Origin: Nitrosopumilus sp.
Lineage (GTDB): Archaea > Thermoproteota > Nitrososphaeria > Nitrososphaerales > Nitrosopumilaceae
DNA length: 64,000 nucleotides
Assembly: GCA_965205215.1 (NCBI GenBank)
Contig: OZ242041.1
Span: 1,696,001-1,760,000 of the forward strand
Reading direction: 5' to 3'
Shown here: piece after piece, positions 47,936 through 56,878 of the stretch
Layout: the number at the start of each line of letters is the position of its first letter
Position numbering within the stretch: position 1 is the first letter of the stretch
The notes under the pieces: generated by a model
Database searches by the model: none
The model's input: only the letters and a program-made list of their open reading frames with translations
Told to the model about the DNA's origin: nothing
Position numbers and translations under genes: made by a program

Positions 47936-48145
47936 ATGTATGCAGAACGCGATCAGGACGCGGGCAAGGGCAGCGGCCACGACAAGTCCGAGGCGACCAC
48001 GGCAAAGGCATCCTGCGACGAGGCCGATTTTGACATGTGTATCACATGTGACGAGACGCTGGACGTGTGCGTCTGCGTCTGCAAATTCTGCAAGGAACGC
48101 GACGGGTGCGAATGCGCCCTGTTTGATGCCGCGACCGGAGGGTGA
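47936..48145 (+). CDS. Small Cys-rich protein (69 aa, 9 Cys, C-terminal GG)
   Basis: CITC..VCVCVCKFC...GCEC..ATGG; TTTATA about 25 nt upstream of the ATG. Confidence 0.7.
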   Translation: MYAERDQDAGKGSGHDKSEATTAKASCDEADFDMCITCDETLDVCVCVCKFCKERDGCECALFDAATGG

Positions 48146-48221
48146 CAGGCATAACACGCACATCAGAGGCGGCGGCTCATGGCGCGCCAGAATGCAACAA
48201 TGACAGGTGACTACAACGGGC

Positions 48222-50315
48222 ATGGAGACGGATCTTACGTGGATGATGGGCGGCCCGCAGGGAAGCGGGGTCGAGTCGGGCGCAAACATATTCTCGCAGG
48301 TGTGCGCGGAGGCCGGCTACCACATATTTGGAAAGCGCGAGTTCTACTCCAACATAAAGGGGGAGCACAGCTACTTTGCAGTAAGGGTCACCGACGGCGT
48401 CACGCATTCGAGCACGAGCGGGGCGGACCTGCTGGTGGCATTCGACGCCGAGACCATATTCAGACACTACGACGACGTGCATGCAGGCGGCGGCATAATA
48501 TACAACTCAGAGGTGGAGCAGGTCGACACGGAGCGCGTCCATACGCTCGACGGCCCGTTTGTAGAGAGACTGCACAGGCGGCTTGACGAGAGCGGCGCAG
48601 AGCGCACCGTCGCGGGGGCCCTGCGGTGCGCCCGCAGCGAGGGTGTCACCCTGTATCCCGTGCCGTTCAAGGAGATACTCGCAAGGCTTGCAGAGAGGAC
48701 GGGCAACCCGAAGCTGGGGGGGTTTATCAGGCTGTACAATACCATCGCAGTGACCCTCTCGCTCAGGCTGCTGGGAATGCCGGCCGCGCCGCTGAAGAAC
48801 TCTGTCTCAAAAATATTCGCAAAAAAGCCGGCGATGTCGGACATTAACATACAGGCCGCCACGCTGGCATACGACGCGCTCGACACATACGCGGATGCCG
48901 CAAGCATCCAGGCGGCCCGCCGGCTGGGAGAACCGGGGCAGAGGGAACCCCACACCATACTGGTCCAGGGATACCAGGGGACGGCGCTCGGCAAGATGGC
49001 CGCCGGCTGCAGGTTCCAGGCATACTACCCAATCACCCCCGCGTCAGACGAGTCCGTATACATGGAGACGCACGAGATCATCGACGTGATGGACGACAGG
49101 CCCGGCAGCACCGCAGTGATACAGACCGAGGACGAGATATGCGCAATAGGCATGACCATAGGGAGCGTCCTGACGGGCACGCGCTCGTCCACCTGCACGT
49201 CGGGACCCGGGTTCTCTCTCATGACCGAGGCGCTCGGATGGGCCGGGATAAACGAGGTGCCCCTAGTGATAACGGACTACCAGCGAAGCGGTCCCGCGAC
49301 AGGACTGCCCACGAGGCACGGGCAGGACGACCTGCTTTCTGTGATATTTGCCAGCCACGGGGAGTTTCCAAGGATAGTCTACGCGTCCGGGAGCGTAGAG
49401 GAGAGCTTTTACGACACGGGCAGGTGCTTTAACTATGCCGAAGAGTTCCAGGTGCCCCTGATACACATGATGGACAAGTTCCTTGCAAACACGGTCCAGA
49501 CATGCAGGAGGTTTGACCCGCAGAAGGTGGAGATACGGCGCGGCAGGCTGCTCGGAGAGGCGGCGGCGTCGGGCGGAACGGCAGGCGAGGCGGCAGGGCC
49601 AGTGGGCAGCGGACATGACGGAGGCGGAGGAGAGGGAGAGGCCGCACCCGCGTACCACAGGTTTGCATTCACAGAAGACGGCATATCCCCCCGCTCCAAG
49701 CTCGGCATGGACGACTTCATATTCTGGAATACGGGTGACGAATCCGACGAGACCGGGCACATTACAGAGGATCCCATACTGCGCACCAGAATGATGGAAA
49801 AGCGCATGTCGAGGCTGGATCTCATACTGGACAGGATGCCGGCAGAAGAGCAGGCTCTGGAGGTGATAAGCGAGCAGGCGCATGGCCACGGCGGCGACGC
49901 CGGCGGCGGGGGCGGGGGCGAGGGTGACGACCGAGACGTAGGCGCCCGTCCCATCACGGTCATAACATGGGGCTCGGCCACGGGACCTGCGCGCGACGCA
50001 GTCGAGATGCTCAGACGGCAGGACGGCATACGTGCAAGGCTCATACAGGTAAAGCTGCTCCACCCGTTTCCAACCGGGCGCGTGGCAGAACTGCTGCAAT
50101 CCGACGGCCGCGAAGGCCGCATCGTGGTAGACATCGAGTCCAACTATTCGGGCCAGCTCGGTACGCTCCTTGCGCAGAACATGGGGCTCCGCGTTGACCA
50201 CTACATACTAAAATACACGGGCAGGGGCATGACGTGCACGGAGATATACGACACGTTGAAGAAGATAGCGGACGGGACGGCAGAGAAGAGGGAGGTACTG
50301 ATGTATGGCGCTTAG
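48222..50315 (+). CDS. korA: 2-oxoacid:ferredoxin oxidoreductase alpha subunit (gamma-alpha fusion)
   Basis: GGPQGSGVES, YYPITPAS, QTEDEI, TSGPGFSLM, QRSGPATGLPT. Confidence 0.93.
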   Translation: METDLTWMMGGPQGSGVESGANIFSQVCAEAGYHIFGKREFYSNIKGEHSYFAVRVTDGVTHSSTSGADLLVAFDAETIFRHYDDVHAGGGIIYNSEVEQVDTERVHTLDGPFVERLHRRLDESGAERTVAGALRCARSEGVTLYPVPFKEILARLAERTGNPKLGGFIRLYNTIAVTLSLRLLGMPAAPLKNSVSKIFAKKPAMSDINIQAATLAYDALDTYADAASIQAARRLGEPGQREPHTILVQGYQGTALGKMAAGCRFQAYYPITPASDESVYMETHEIIDVMDDRPGSTAVIQTEDEICAIGMTIGSVLTGTRSSTCTSGPGFSLMTEALGWAGINEVPLVITDYQRSGPATGLPTRHGQDDLLSVIFASHGEFPRIVYASGSVEESFYDTGRCFNYAEEFQVPLIHMMDKFLANTVQTCRRFDPQKVEIRRGRLLGEAAASGGTAGEAAGPVGSGHDGGGGEGEAAPAYHRFAFTEDGISPRSKLGMDDFIFWNTGDESDETGHITEDPILRTRMMEKRMSRLDLILDRMPAEEQALEVISEQAHGHGGDAGGGGGGEGDDRDVGARPITVITWGSATGPARDAVEMLRRQDGIRARLIQVKLLHPFPTGRVAELLQSDGREGRIVVDIESNYSGQLGTLLAQNMGLRVDHYILKYTGRGMTCTEIYDTLKKIADGTAEKREVLMYGA

Positions 50316-51270
50316 GCTTGCAGACTACAAGACGGACGTCCACAATGACTGGTGCCCCGGCTGCGGCGACTTTGGAATAGTAAACGCCATACAGATGACG
50401 CTTGCCGAGATGGGTGTGCGCCGCGACAAGGCGGCCATATTCTCCGGCATAGGGTGCTCCGGCAAGACGTCCCACTATATCAACACGTACGGCGTGCACA
50501 CCCTGCACGGGAGGGTGCTGACGTTCGCGCAGGGCGCAAAACTTGCAAATCCGGATATGACCATACTGGCCGTGGGCGGCGACGGCGACGGGCTTGGCAT
50601 AGGGGCGGGACACTTCGTGGCGGCAGGGAGGCGCAACATAGACATGACGTACGTGGTATTCGACAACGGCGTGTACGGCCTGACAAAGGGACAGGCGTCC
50701 CCCACGCTCAAACTGGGCGAGAAGACAAAGTCCCTGCCGTCGCCAAACACCAACCACAGCGTCAACCCGATAGGGCTGGCAGTCGCAAGCGGGTTTACCT
50801 TTGTCGCAAGGGGGTACTCGTACGACGTCAGGCACCTCAAGTATCTGCTCACGCAGGCGATTCGGCACAGGGGGCTGTCGTTCCTCGACGTGCTTCAGCC
50901 ATGCCCTACATACAACGACATCAACACGCGTGACTGGTACGCGGGCAAGGATCTGATGAAGGAGTCACTGGAGAGGCACGACAGGATATACAGGCTGGAG
51001 GATACAAAGTATGATCCGACCGTAAACTACGATGACCCGGACGAGAACAACAGGCACCTCTCCCAGGCCCTCACAAAGTCACTTGAGTGGGGGGAGAGGA
51101 TCCCGACAGGCGTGTTCTACAGCAACGAGTTGACGGGGCCGTACAGTGACAGAATAAGGGACAAGATTCCAAACTATACGGAGAACCCTCCCGCAAGACA
51201 GTCCATAGCAAGGGCAGACGGCACCTCAAACACAGACCTCGGGGCGATACTCGACTCGCTAGAGGTCTGA
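50305..51270 (+). CDS. korB: 2-oxoacid:ferredoxin oxidoreductase beta subunit
   Basis: WCPGCG, SGIGCS, HTLHGR, TPP motif GDGD...NGVYGLTKGQ, QPCPTYN. Confidence 0.94.
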   Translation: MALRLADYKTDVHNDWCPGCGDFGIVNAIQMTLAEMGVRRDKAAIFSGIGCSGKTSHYINTYGVHTLHGRVLTFAQGAKLANPDMTILAVGGDGDGLGIGAGHFVAAGRRNIDMTYVVFDNGVYGLTKGQASPTLKLGEKTKSLPSPNTNHSVNPIGLAVASGFTFVARGYSYDVRHLKYLLTQAIRHRGLSFLDVLQPCPTYNDINTRDWYAGKDLMKESLERHDRIYRLEDTKYDPTVNYDDPDENNRHLSQALTKSLEWGERIPTGVFYSNELTGPYSDRIRDKIPNYTENPPARQSIARADGTSNTDLGAILDSLEV

Positions 51271-51300
51271 TGCGGTACGCGCAGGCGCGGCCCTCCGCGG

Positions 51301-51852
51301 CTATCCCTGCTTTTCCGGTTCCCAAGAGTCGCCCCGGAATGCAAACCTAGAGCCGCCGGCATCCGTGGCGGTGCCGAGCCTCCAGCGGGCCGACTCTGTG
51401 TCAAACCGGTACTGGACCGACGAGGTCCCCGGAGGAAGCTTGCCCATGTGGTGCGGCAGCAGCTCCAGCACAAAGTCCATCTTCTCAACCGCATTGTCAA
51501 ACCACCGCTTCTCCAGAGAGTCAACGGTAAACGTGATGCGCATCCTGCCCGAAAATGCAATGACGGCCTTCAACGCGTTGCCCGTGCCACGTCTCCGCTT
51601 CATCTCCTTTAGGATGTCCTTTACACGATCCCAGCGTTTGAAGTCAAACCACTTGAAGAACGCGTCGTTGAACTCCAGAGGGATCTCCAAGCTCAGGTAG
51701 CTTACAAACTCCTCGTCAAACGGGCTCACCTCGTCCTGCACCACCACAAAGTGCGAGTTGAGCAGCCCGTAGAACACCTCTATCTCCCACGGGGAGATCC
51801 CATAGTATGTCAGGGTGGCGCTAAGCGGCTGTGCCATGTACGGAATGCCCAT
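51301..51852 (-). CDS. Hypothetical protein
   Basis: 183-aa ORF with globular composition and an AT-rich box upstream. Confidence 0.75.
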   Translation of the reverse strand: MGIPYMAQPLSATLTYYGISPWEIEVFYGLLNSHFVVVQDEVSPFDEEFVSYLSLEIPLEFNDAFFKWFDFKRWDRVKDILKEMKRRRGTGNALKAVIAFSGRMRITFTVDSLEKRWFDNAVEKMDFVLELLPHHMGKLPPGTSSVQYRFDTESARWRLGTATDAGGSRFAFRGDSWEPEKQG

Positions 51853-51958
51853 GGACGATAATTAAGGCTTGCATCCGGATCCGCGCGCATGCGCGTGCAG
51901 AAATCGTGGCGCCGGCAGAGCCGACCTCAATGCCAAGCGTCGCGCATGCCAGCGGCCC

Positions 51959-52079
51959 GGCAGGGCCCGGCCGCACCAAGCCACGGTTGAGATGGCCGGG
52001 CTACGCGGCAAGCTGGCAGGGCCCGGCCGCACCAAGCCACGGTTGAGATGGCCGGGCTACGCGGCAAGCTGGCAGGGCC
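51959..52079. repeat. 56-bp tandem duplication (~2.2 copies) with internal inverted repeat
   Basis: GGCAGGGCC at 51959, 52015 and 52071; each unit contains GCCCGGCC...GGCCGGGC. Confidence 0.92.
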
Positions 52080-52141
52080 TCCATCACCTCTTTCTCCTCT
52101 TCCCTCCTCCACCCTCTTTCTTCCCCCCCCCCCTTCCCCCC
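52080..52141. repeat. Polypyrimidine tract containing C11 and C6 runs
   Basis: Almost all C/T; C11 at 52123-52133 and C6 at 52136-52141. Confidence 0.9.
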
Positions 52142-52204
52142 AGCGCACCTTTGGAGGGGCTGCACGCATGTATGGTTTATTTACAGACGCGGTGTCGTAT
52201 TCAC

Positions 52205-54583
52205 ATGAGAATGGCAGGCATGCCACTTAGGTTACTGATAGTGGCCGTTGCAGTTGCTGCTGCTGTCGCCGCGGGTGCGCACCAAGAAGCCAGCGCCCAG
52301 GACGAGATTGGTGTCGTGACCGTCGGCGTCCTCGTACCATACGACTGGGGCGAGTACGGCACGTACGTGCGTAACGCAATCGACCTGTCCGTGTATGACT
52401 TCAACCGAGGCGCGCACGAGAGGGGGTGGATGCTGGAGACCGTCAAGGCGGACACCAGGAGCGACGGCAAGACGGCCCTGCGGGCAGTAGAATCGATGTA
52501 CGCCGACGGAATACGGGTGGTGATCGGGCCCGCCTACAGCTCGACCCTGGAGTACATATCCGACTACGTCAACCAGAAAGGGATCGTGACGGTCAGCTAC
52601 GCATCCGGCTCCACGGCCCTGTCGGTTCCAGGCGACTACATATTCCGCACCATATCCGACGCGGATACCATCGCGGACGCGTTCGTGGCGCAGATGAGGG
52701 ACGACGGGATCACGCGGGTCGTCACGATATCGGGGGATGACGCGATCGGGCGCTCCGTGGAGGCCGCCGTTGGCGGCGCCGTCGGCAGTGAGCCCGGAAT
52801 GGACATGGTCGGCTCGCTGCGGGTGCCGCTAAAGTCGGCCGGCCCCGACTATGCGGCGGCCGTCGCGTCGCTTGGGGGCGTGCTGGCCGGCATACCGGAC
52901 GCGGATCGTGCGAGAACGGCAGTCATCCTGTTTGACCACAGCGGCGGGATCGTGGACGTGGCGAGGGGCGCGGCGGCGCTAGACGGCGCCGGCGACACCA
53001 TGTGGTACGGGCCGGACCACTCGATGGCCGAGCTGGAGACGGACCCGGTGGCAGTCGAGTTCATGAAGGCGGTGGACTACAGGGCCGTCGAGCTTGCCGC
53101 GAACGAGAACCACGTCAACGTTTGCATCGACGCGGGGCTGGGCGCCCGCGTGTCCGTGGCCAGCATGCTGTCCTACCATGCGTACGACGCCGTGTCCATA
53201 GTGGGAGCCGCAATCGACGCGGCCGGAGGGCCGGGCTACGACGCGGCCGCCGTCAGGAACGGCATGACAGAGGCCTCGAGGGGGCTGGATGCGTCCGAGT
53301 CGGCCATAGGCCTGAGCACCGCATTCAACGAGAACGGGGACCTAGCAGCCAGCGACTACCTGGTGTACGAGATTGACGATACAAGCGGCAGGTTCGTCCC
53401 GACGGCCAGATACGACTCGGTATCAGACTCCGTGGTGCCGAATCCCTTGTACGAACCGCGGCGCATAGGTGCGCTCGTCTCCGAGACCGGATCCCTGACG
53501 GTTCTCGGATACCCCGCAAGCAAGTCCATCTGCCTGGCAGTTGCCGACTACAACTCGCAGCTGCGCGCGAACGGGGCGGACTGGCAGCTGCACCTCACCA
53601 AGCTTGACGACGGGACCATACCGTCAAGGACGCTAGACAACATCAAGGAGCTCTACGGCAACGGCATACGGGCGGTGCTGGGGCCCGTCTCGAGCGCCAG
53701 CCTTTCGACGGTCATGGACTCGTTTGAGGATATAGACGACACGGTCGTGATAAGCTACGCGTCGTCGTCCCCCACGCTCTCTGTGGAGGGCGACAACGTG
53801 TTCCGCATACGCGCGCCCGACACCCACACCGCGCCCGCGTACGCGAAGCTGCTGGAGCATGACGGCGTAGAGAGTGTCGTGGTAGTCCACCGCGAGGACG
53901 CGTGGGGGCACGCGCTTAGTGACGCGGTGGAGGAGCAGCTGGCGCGAAGCCCCGGCATCGACGTGATCGCGAGCTTCCAGTACGACCCGGCAGGGGCCTC
54001 CACAGAAGACCTCAAGGCCGTATCGGACAGTGTGGGCTCGACGGTGGCGGCCGTCGACGGGGCAAAGACTGCCATACTGCTGTTCGGATTCGAAGAGATA
54101 TCGGTACTGCTGGAGCACGCGAGTATCAACCCGTCGCTGCAGGACAGCAAGTGGTACGGGTACTCTAGATCCGTAATAGGGACGGATCCGGGACGGGTGG
54201 ACTGGGAGGAGCGCGTGCGGTTCCTGTCGCTGAACCCGGCGTACGTATCCAACGACGTCAGCCGCTCCATATACGACAGGGTGCCGAACGCCAACGTATA
54301 CACCCTTTACGCGTACGACGCCACATTCACGCTGGCCAACGCCGTGGAGGCAGTCGGCGGCTCGACGGACGCGACGAGGCTGGTCCAGGTCATCCCGGAC
54401 GCGGCGCTCTCCATACGGAACCCGGCAGTAGGGTTCCCGCTGGCGCTTGACCCGGCCGGCGACTTGGACGCGAGGCAGTACACGGCCGTCGTCTACAAGG
54501 ACGGCTCGTTTGTGGACTATGCATACTACGACGGCTCTGAGGACCTGCTGCGGCTGTTGTACCAGCCGAACGTATGCCGCTAG
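52205..54583 (+). CDS. Secreted protein with two tandem type-1 periplasmic-binding (LivJ/LivK-like) domains
   Basis: Signal peptide (LLIVAVAVAAAVAAG..ASA-Q); two copies of IG/VG.L...GP..S....SYAS.S..LS..GD..FR...YAYDA...GDL. Start at 52205-52220, after TTTATTTA. Confidence 0.85.
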   Translation: MRMAGMPLRLLIVAVAVAAAVAAGAHQEASAQDEIGVVTVGVLVPYDWGEYGTYVRNAIDLSVYDFNRGAHERGWMLETVKADTRSDGKTALRAVESMYADGIRVVIGPAYSSTLEYISDYVNQKGIVTVSYASGSTALSVPGDYIFRTISDADTIADAFVAQMRDDGITRVVTISGDDAIGRSVEAAVGGAVGSEPGMDMVGSLRVPLKSAGPDYAAAVASLGGVLAGIPDADRARTAVILFDHSGGIVDVARGAAALDGAGDTMWYGPDHSMAELETDPVAVEFMKAVDYRAVELAANENHVNVCIDAGLGARVSVASMLSYHAYDAVSIVGAAIDAAGGPGYDAAAVRNGMTEASRGLDASESAIGLSTAFNENGDLAASDYLVYEIDDTSGRFVPTARYDSVSDSVVPNPLYEPRRIGALVSETGSLTVLGYPASKSICLAVADYNSQLRANGADWQLHLTKLDDGTIPSRTLDNIKELYGNGIRAVLGPVSSASLSTVMDSFEDIDDTVVISYASSSPTLSVEGDNVFRIRAPDTHTAPAYAKLLEHDGVESVVVVHREDAWGHALSDAVEEQLARSPGIDVIASFQYDPAGASTEDLKAVSDSVGSTVAAVDGAKTAILLFGFEEISVLLEHASINPSLQDSKWYGYSRSVIGTDPGRVDWEERVRFLSLNPAYVSNDVSRSIYDRVPNANVYTLYAYDATFTLANAVEAVGGSTDATRLVQVIPDAALSIRNPAVGFPLALDPAGDLDARQYTAVVYKDGSFVDYAYYDGSEDLLRLLYQPNVCR

Positions 54584-54706
54584 CGCGGCGAGGCGCGGCG
54601 TCCAAAGGCCCGCATTCTGCCACGCCACGGGACAGGACGCGCAGCGCCGAGCCCCACGCAGACGCCCCTTTTCCTGCTTTAAATATAGGAGTGGTGACTG
54701 CGCATC

Positions 54707-55264
54707 ATGGAGTACCGGACCAGATATCCCAAGACCGTCTCGTTCGTGGACGGGCCAAAGCACGGGAGGATAGGCGTCGACTCGCAGGACGGGGTCGAGC
54801 AGCTGCACATCGTGGTCAGAAAAAGCTTCAACGAACTTTCAAGGATATTTGCCCAAGAGGGTTTTACAAAGGTAAAATTCGAGCACAAGCAGCCGGGCCA
54901 GATAGGGCACGGCTTTAACCTCAAGCTCAAAAAGCCGTGGGAGATACACGTAAGGATGGTCGACCTCAAGAGGGGGCTGATCGGCATACATGCAGAGGTG
55001 GAGGTGTCACGGGACTATCTGCAGCACCTGTTCTCACAGAGGACGCCAGTCGTGTACGAGGTGGCCGACATTCTCAGGAGGTACCAGGTAGAGTACGACA
55101 TATGGCACGGGCGCATACGGAAGACCATACAGGAGATAGCCGACAACTACAAGATCAGGCTTGCCACGCCGAGCCTCCCGGTGTTTGCATGGAAGCCGAT
55201 GCTGTTTGTGATAGGCACCATAGGCGCCATATACGGGTGGAAGTACATTACAACCATAATCTGA
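54707..55264 (+). CDS. Hypothetical protein with C-terminal TM helix
   Basis: 185-aa ORF; TTTAAATATA about 25 nt upstream. Confidence 0.75.
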   Translation: MEYRTRYPKTVSFVDGPKHGRIGVDSQDGVEQLHIVVRKSFNELSRIFAQEGFTKVKFEHKQPGQIGHGFNLKLKKPWEIHVRMVDLKRGLIGIHAEVEVSRDYLQHLFSQRTPVVYEVADILRRYQVEYDIWHGRIRKTIQEIADNYKIRLATPSLPVFAWKPMLFVIGTIGAIYGWKYITTII

Positions 55265-55326
55265 CCGCGCAGGCGCCGCGCTATTGCCTGCCGCGCGAGA
55301 TTTCCGTGGCGGGCGCGCGAGTGCGG

Positions 55327-55656
55327 CTAGACTCCGAGCGGCTCGTCCTTTGTCAGCTCAAGCGAGACCTTGTCGCCGACTGACAGTCCCATGTCCTTGT
55401 ACTCGTGCATGTCGAGCTTGATCTGCGTGAGGTTCCCGGCCATTGCCGGATTCGCCATGCCGGAGAACATCTTGTTGAGATCCTTCATCATGTCGTTGAC
55501 GTTTGTAAACCCCATCACCTTTGGACTGTCATAGGGGGACGGAGGATTGCTCTCCATGCCGCCCTTGAGATCCTTGGCCGACGCAAGCGATACCACGACG
55601 TAGGGGGAGCCGTCGTGGGAGGCGTCGATGCTCTGAACCACAAACTCCTTTTTCAT
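55327..55656 (-). CDS. Small hypothetical protein (possibly arcadin-1-like)
   Basis: EFVV..I...DG.PYV.V.L ... EY..MG.SVGDKV.L; family resemblance from memory only. Confidence 0.65.
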   Translation of the reverse strand: MKKEFVVQSIDASHDGSPYVVVSLASAKDLKGGMESNPPSPYDSPKVMGFTNVNDMMKDLNKMFSGMANPAMAGNLTQIKLDMHEYKDMGLSVGDKVSLELTKDEPLGV

Positions 55657-55823
55657 GATTGCGGGTAGATTTGCGTCTGTATAAGTGGATTTCTAATCAG
55701 GAACGGGTAACTTGACTGGAGCTGCCAACCGCAGCTTCCCACGTGCCACGACGCTGTTTCCCCATTCCGCTTCGGGAAATGGAACGCGCGGGCACTTGGC
55801 TCTCGTGCCGGCAGCGGCGCCGC

Positions 55824-56693
55824 TCACACCGCCGCAGGGGACGACAGTCCGCGAACATAGACGCACTGCCCCGCAGGCACGGCAGTCTCAGACGGGCCGG
55901 GGCGCCTGCCTGTCAGCTGGATGCCCGAGTCGCGTATTATTACAAACGGGACGGACTCGGCGCCCTCTCCCATTGCGTGGTTTGCAACGGTGGCCATAGA
56001 GTCCGATGCGGCCTGGAACGTCACCTTGAGCGGGTTGCCCTCAAGATCGGGCCTGGATCTGGCGTCCCGGACCGGCTCTATGCCCGCATGGGCCACGGCC
56101 ACCCCGGACGTCCCGACCCTTGCAGGCATCAGCCGGCTGTCGACCAGTATCACCCCCACGGCAACGCCCATCTCAAGCAGGATCTTGCGCCTGAGCAGCT
56201 CGGCAGTCCCGTAGGGCGAGTCAGGATACAGCACGGCCCTGCCCTTTTTCGCGTTTGACAGGTCTATCCCGGCATTGGGCGCAAGCAGCAGGCCGTGCCG
56301 GATGGGGACGCCGGCAGTCCGGTTCACCGCGCGGCGGGCGCCGTGGCCGGCGGGGGGCGGCTCGGAGGGGGGCGGGCGAAACGGGGCGGATGCCGCCATT
56401 ACAAAACCCGCCACCCCCCCGAGTACGCGATCCGACTCCCGGAGTACAAGCTCGGCCATCTCACGGCTCAAACCGTAGCGCCCAGAGAGGCGCCGCGCCT
56501 GCGCGGAGGCTCGCACGCCCCGCACGTCTATGATTCGCCCCTCCGCATACGAGGCATACTTTGTGGATACGGCAAGTATGTCCCCCCGCGCAAGACGCAT
56601 GCCGCGACGCCCAAGCGAGCGGACAAGCTCTGCAAACATGTCAAACCTGCCGCTCATGTGCCTCGACTCAAGCGGCAGCACTGTCAGCGGCAC
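55824..56693 (-). CDS. cofE: Coenzyme F420-0:L-glutamate ligase
   Basis: GDILAVSTK..S..EG, PNAGIDLSN, VILVDS..P.R.G..GVA, MGEGAE..P. Start uncertain. Confidence 0.88.
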   Translation of the reverse strand: MPLTVLPLESRHMSGRFDMFAELVRSLGRRGMRLARGDILAVSTKYASYAEGRIIDVRGVRASAQARRLSGRYGLSREMAELVLRESDRVLGGVAGFVMAASAPFRPPPSEPPPAGHGARRAVNRTAGVPIRHGLLLAPNAGIDLSNAKKGRAVLYPDSPYGTAELLRRKILLEMGVAVGVILVDSRLMPARVGTSGVAVAHAGIEPVRDARSRPDLEGNPLKVTFQAASDSMATVANHAMGEGAESVPFVIIRDSGIQLTGRRPGPSETAVPAGQCVYVRGLSSPAAV

Positions 56694-56878
56694 GAACGGC
56701 GCATGCCGCGGCTCTCTTTTATTCTTGGCGGGGGCTTCGACCAAGCGCCGGCGTCAGTCGAAGGCCCTGCCACGGCAGGGCGCCTAGCGGCGCGCGCACC
56801 GGGGCCAATCCGGGCACAAAACCCGGTGCCTGCGCATGTACAAAGCTTTTAACCCGTACCGACATCCAGCGGATTGTA

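Noticed and set aside
51959-52079. Mini-CRISPR interpretation of the 56-bp repeat
   Set aside because: The units are wholly identical, with no unique spacers.
51869-52204. In-frame upstream extension of the binding-protein ORF through the repeat and C11 tract
   Set aside because: The translation is not protein-like, and the signal peptide and TATA box point to a start at 52205-52220.
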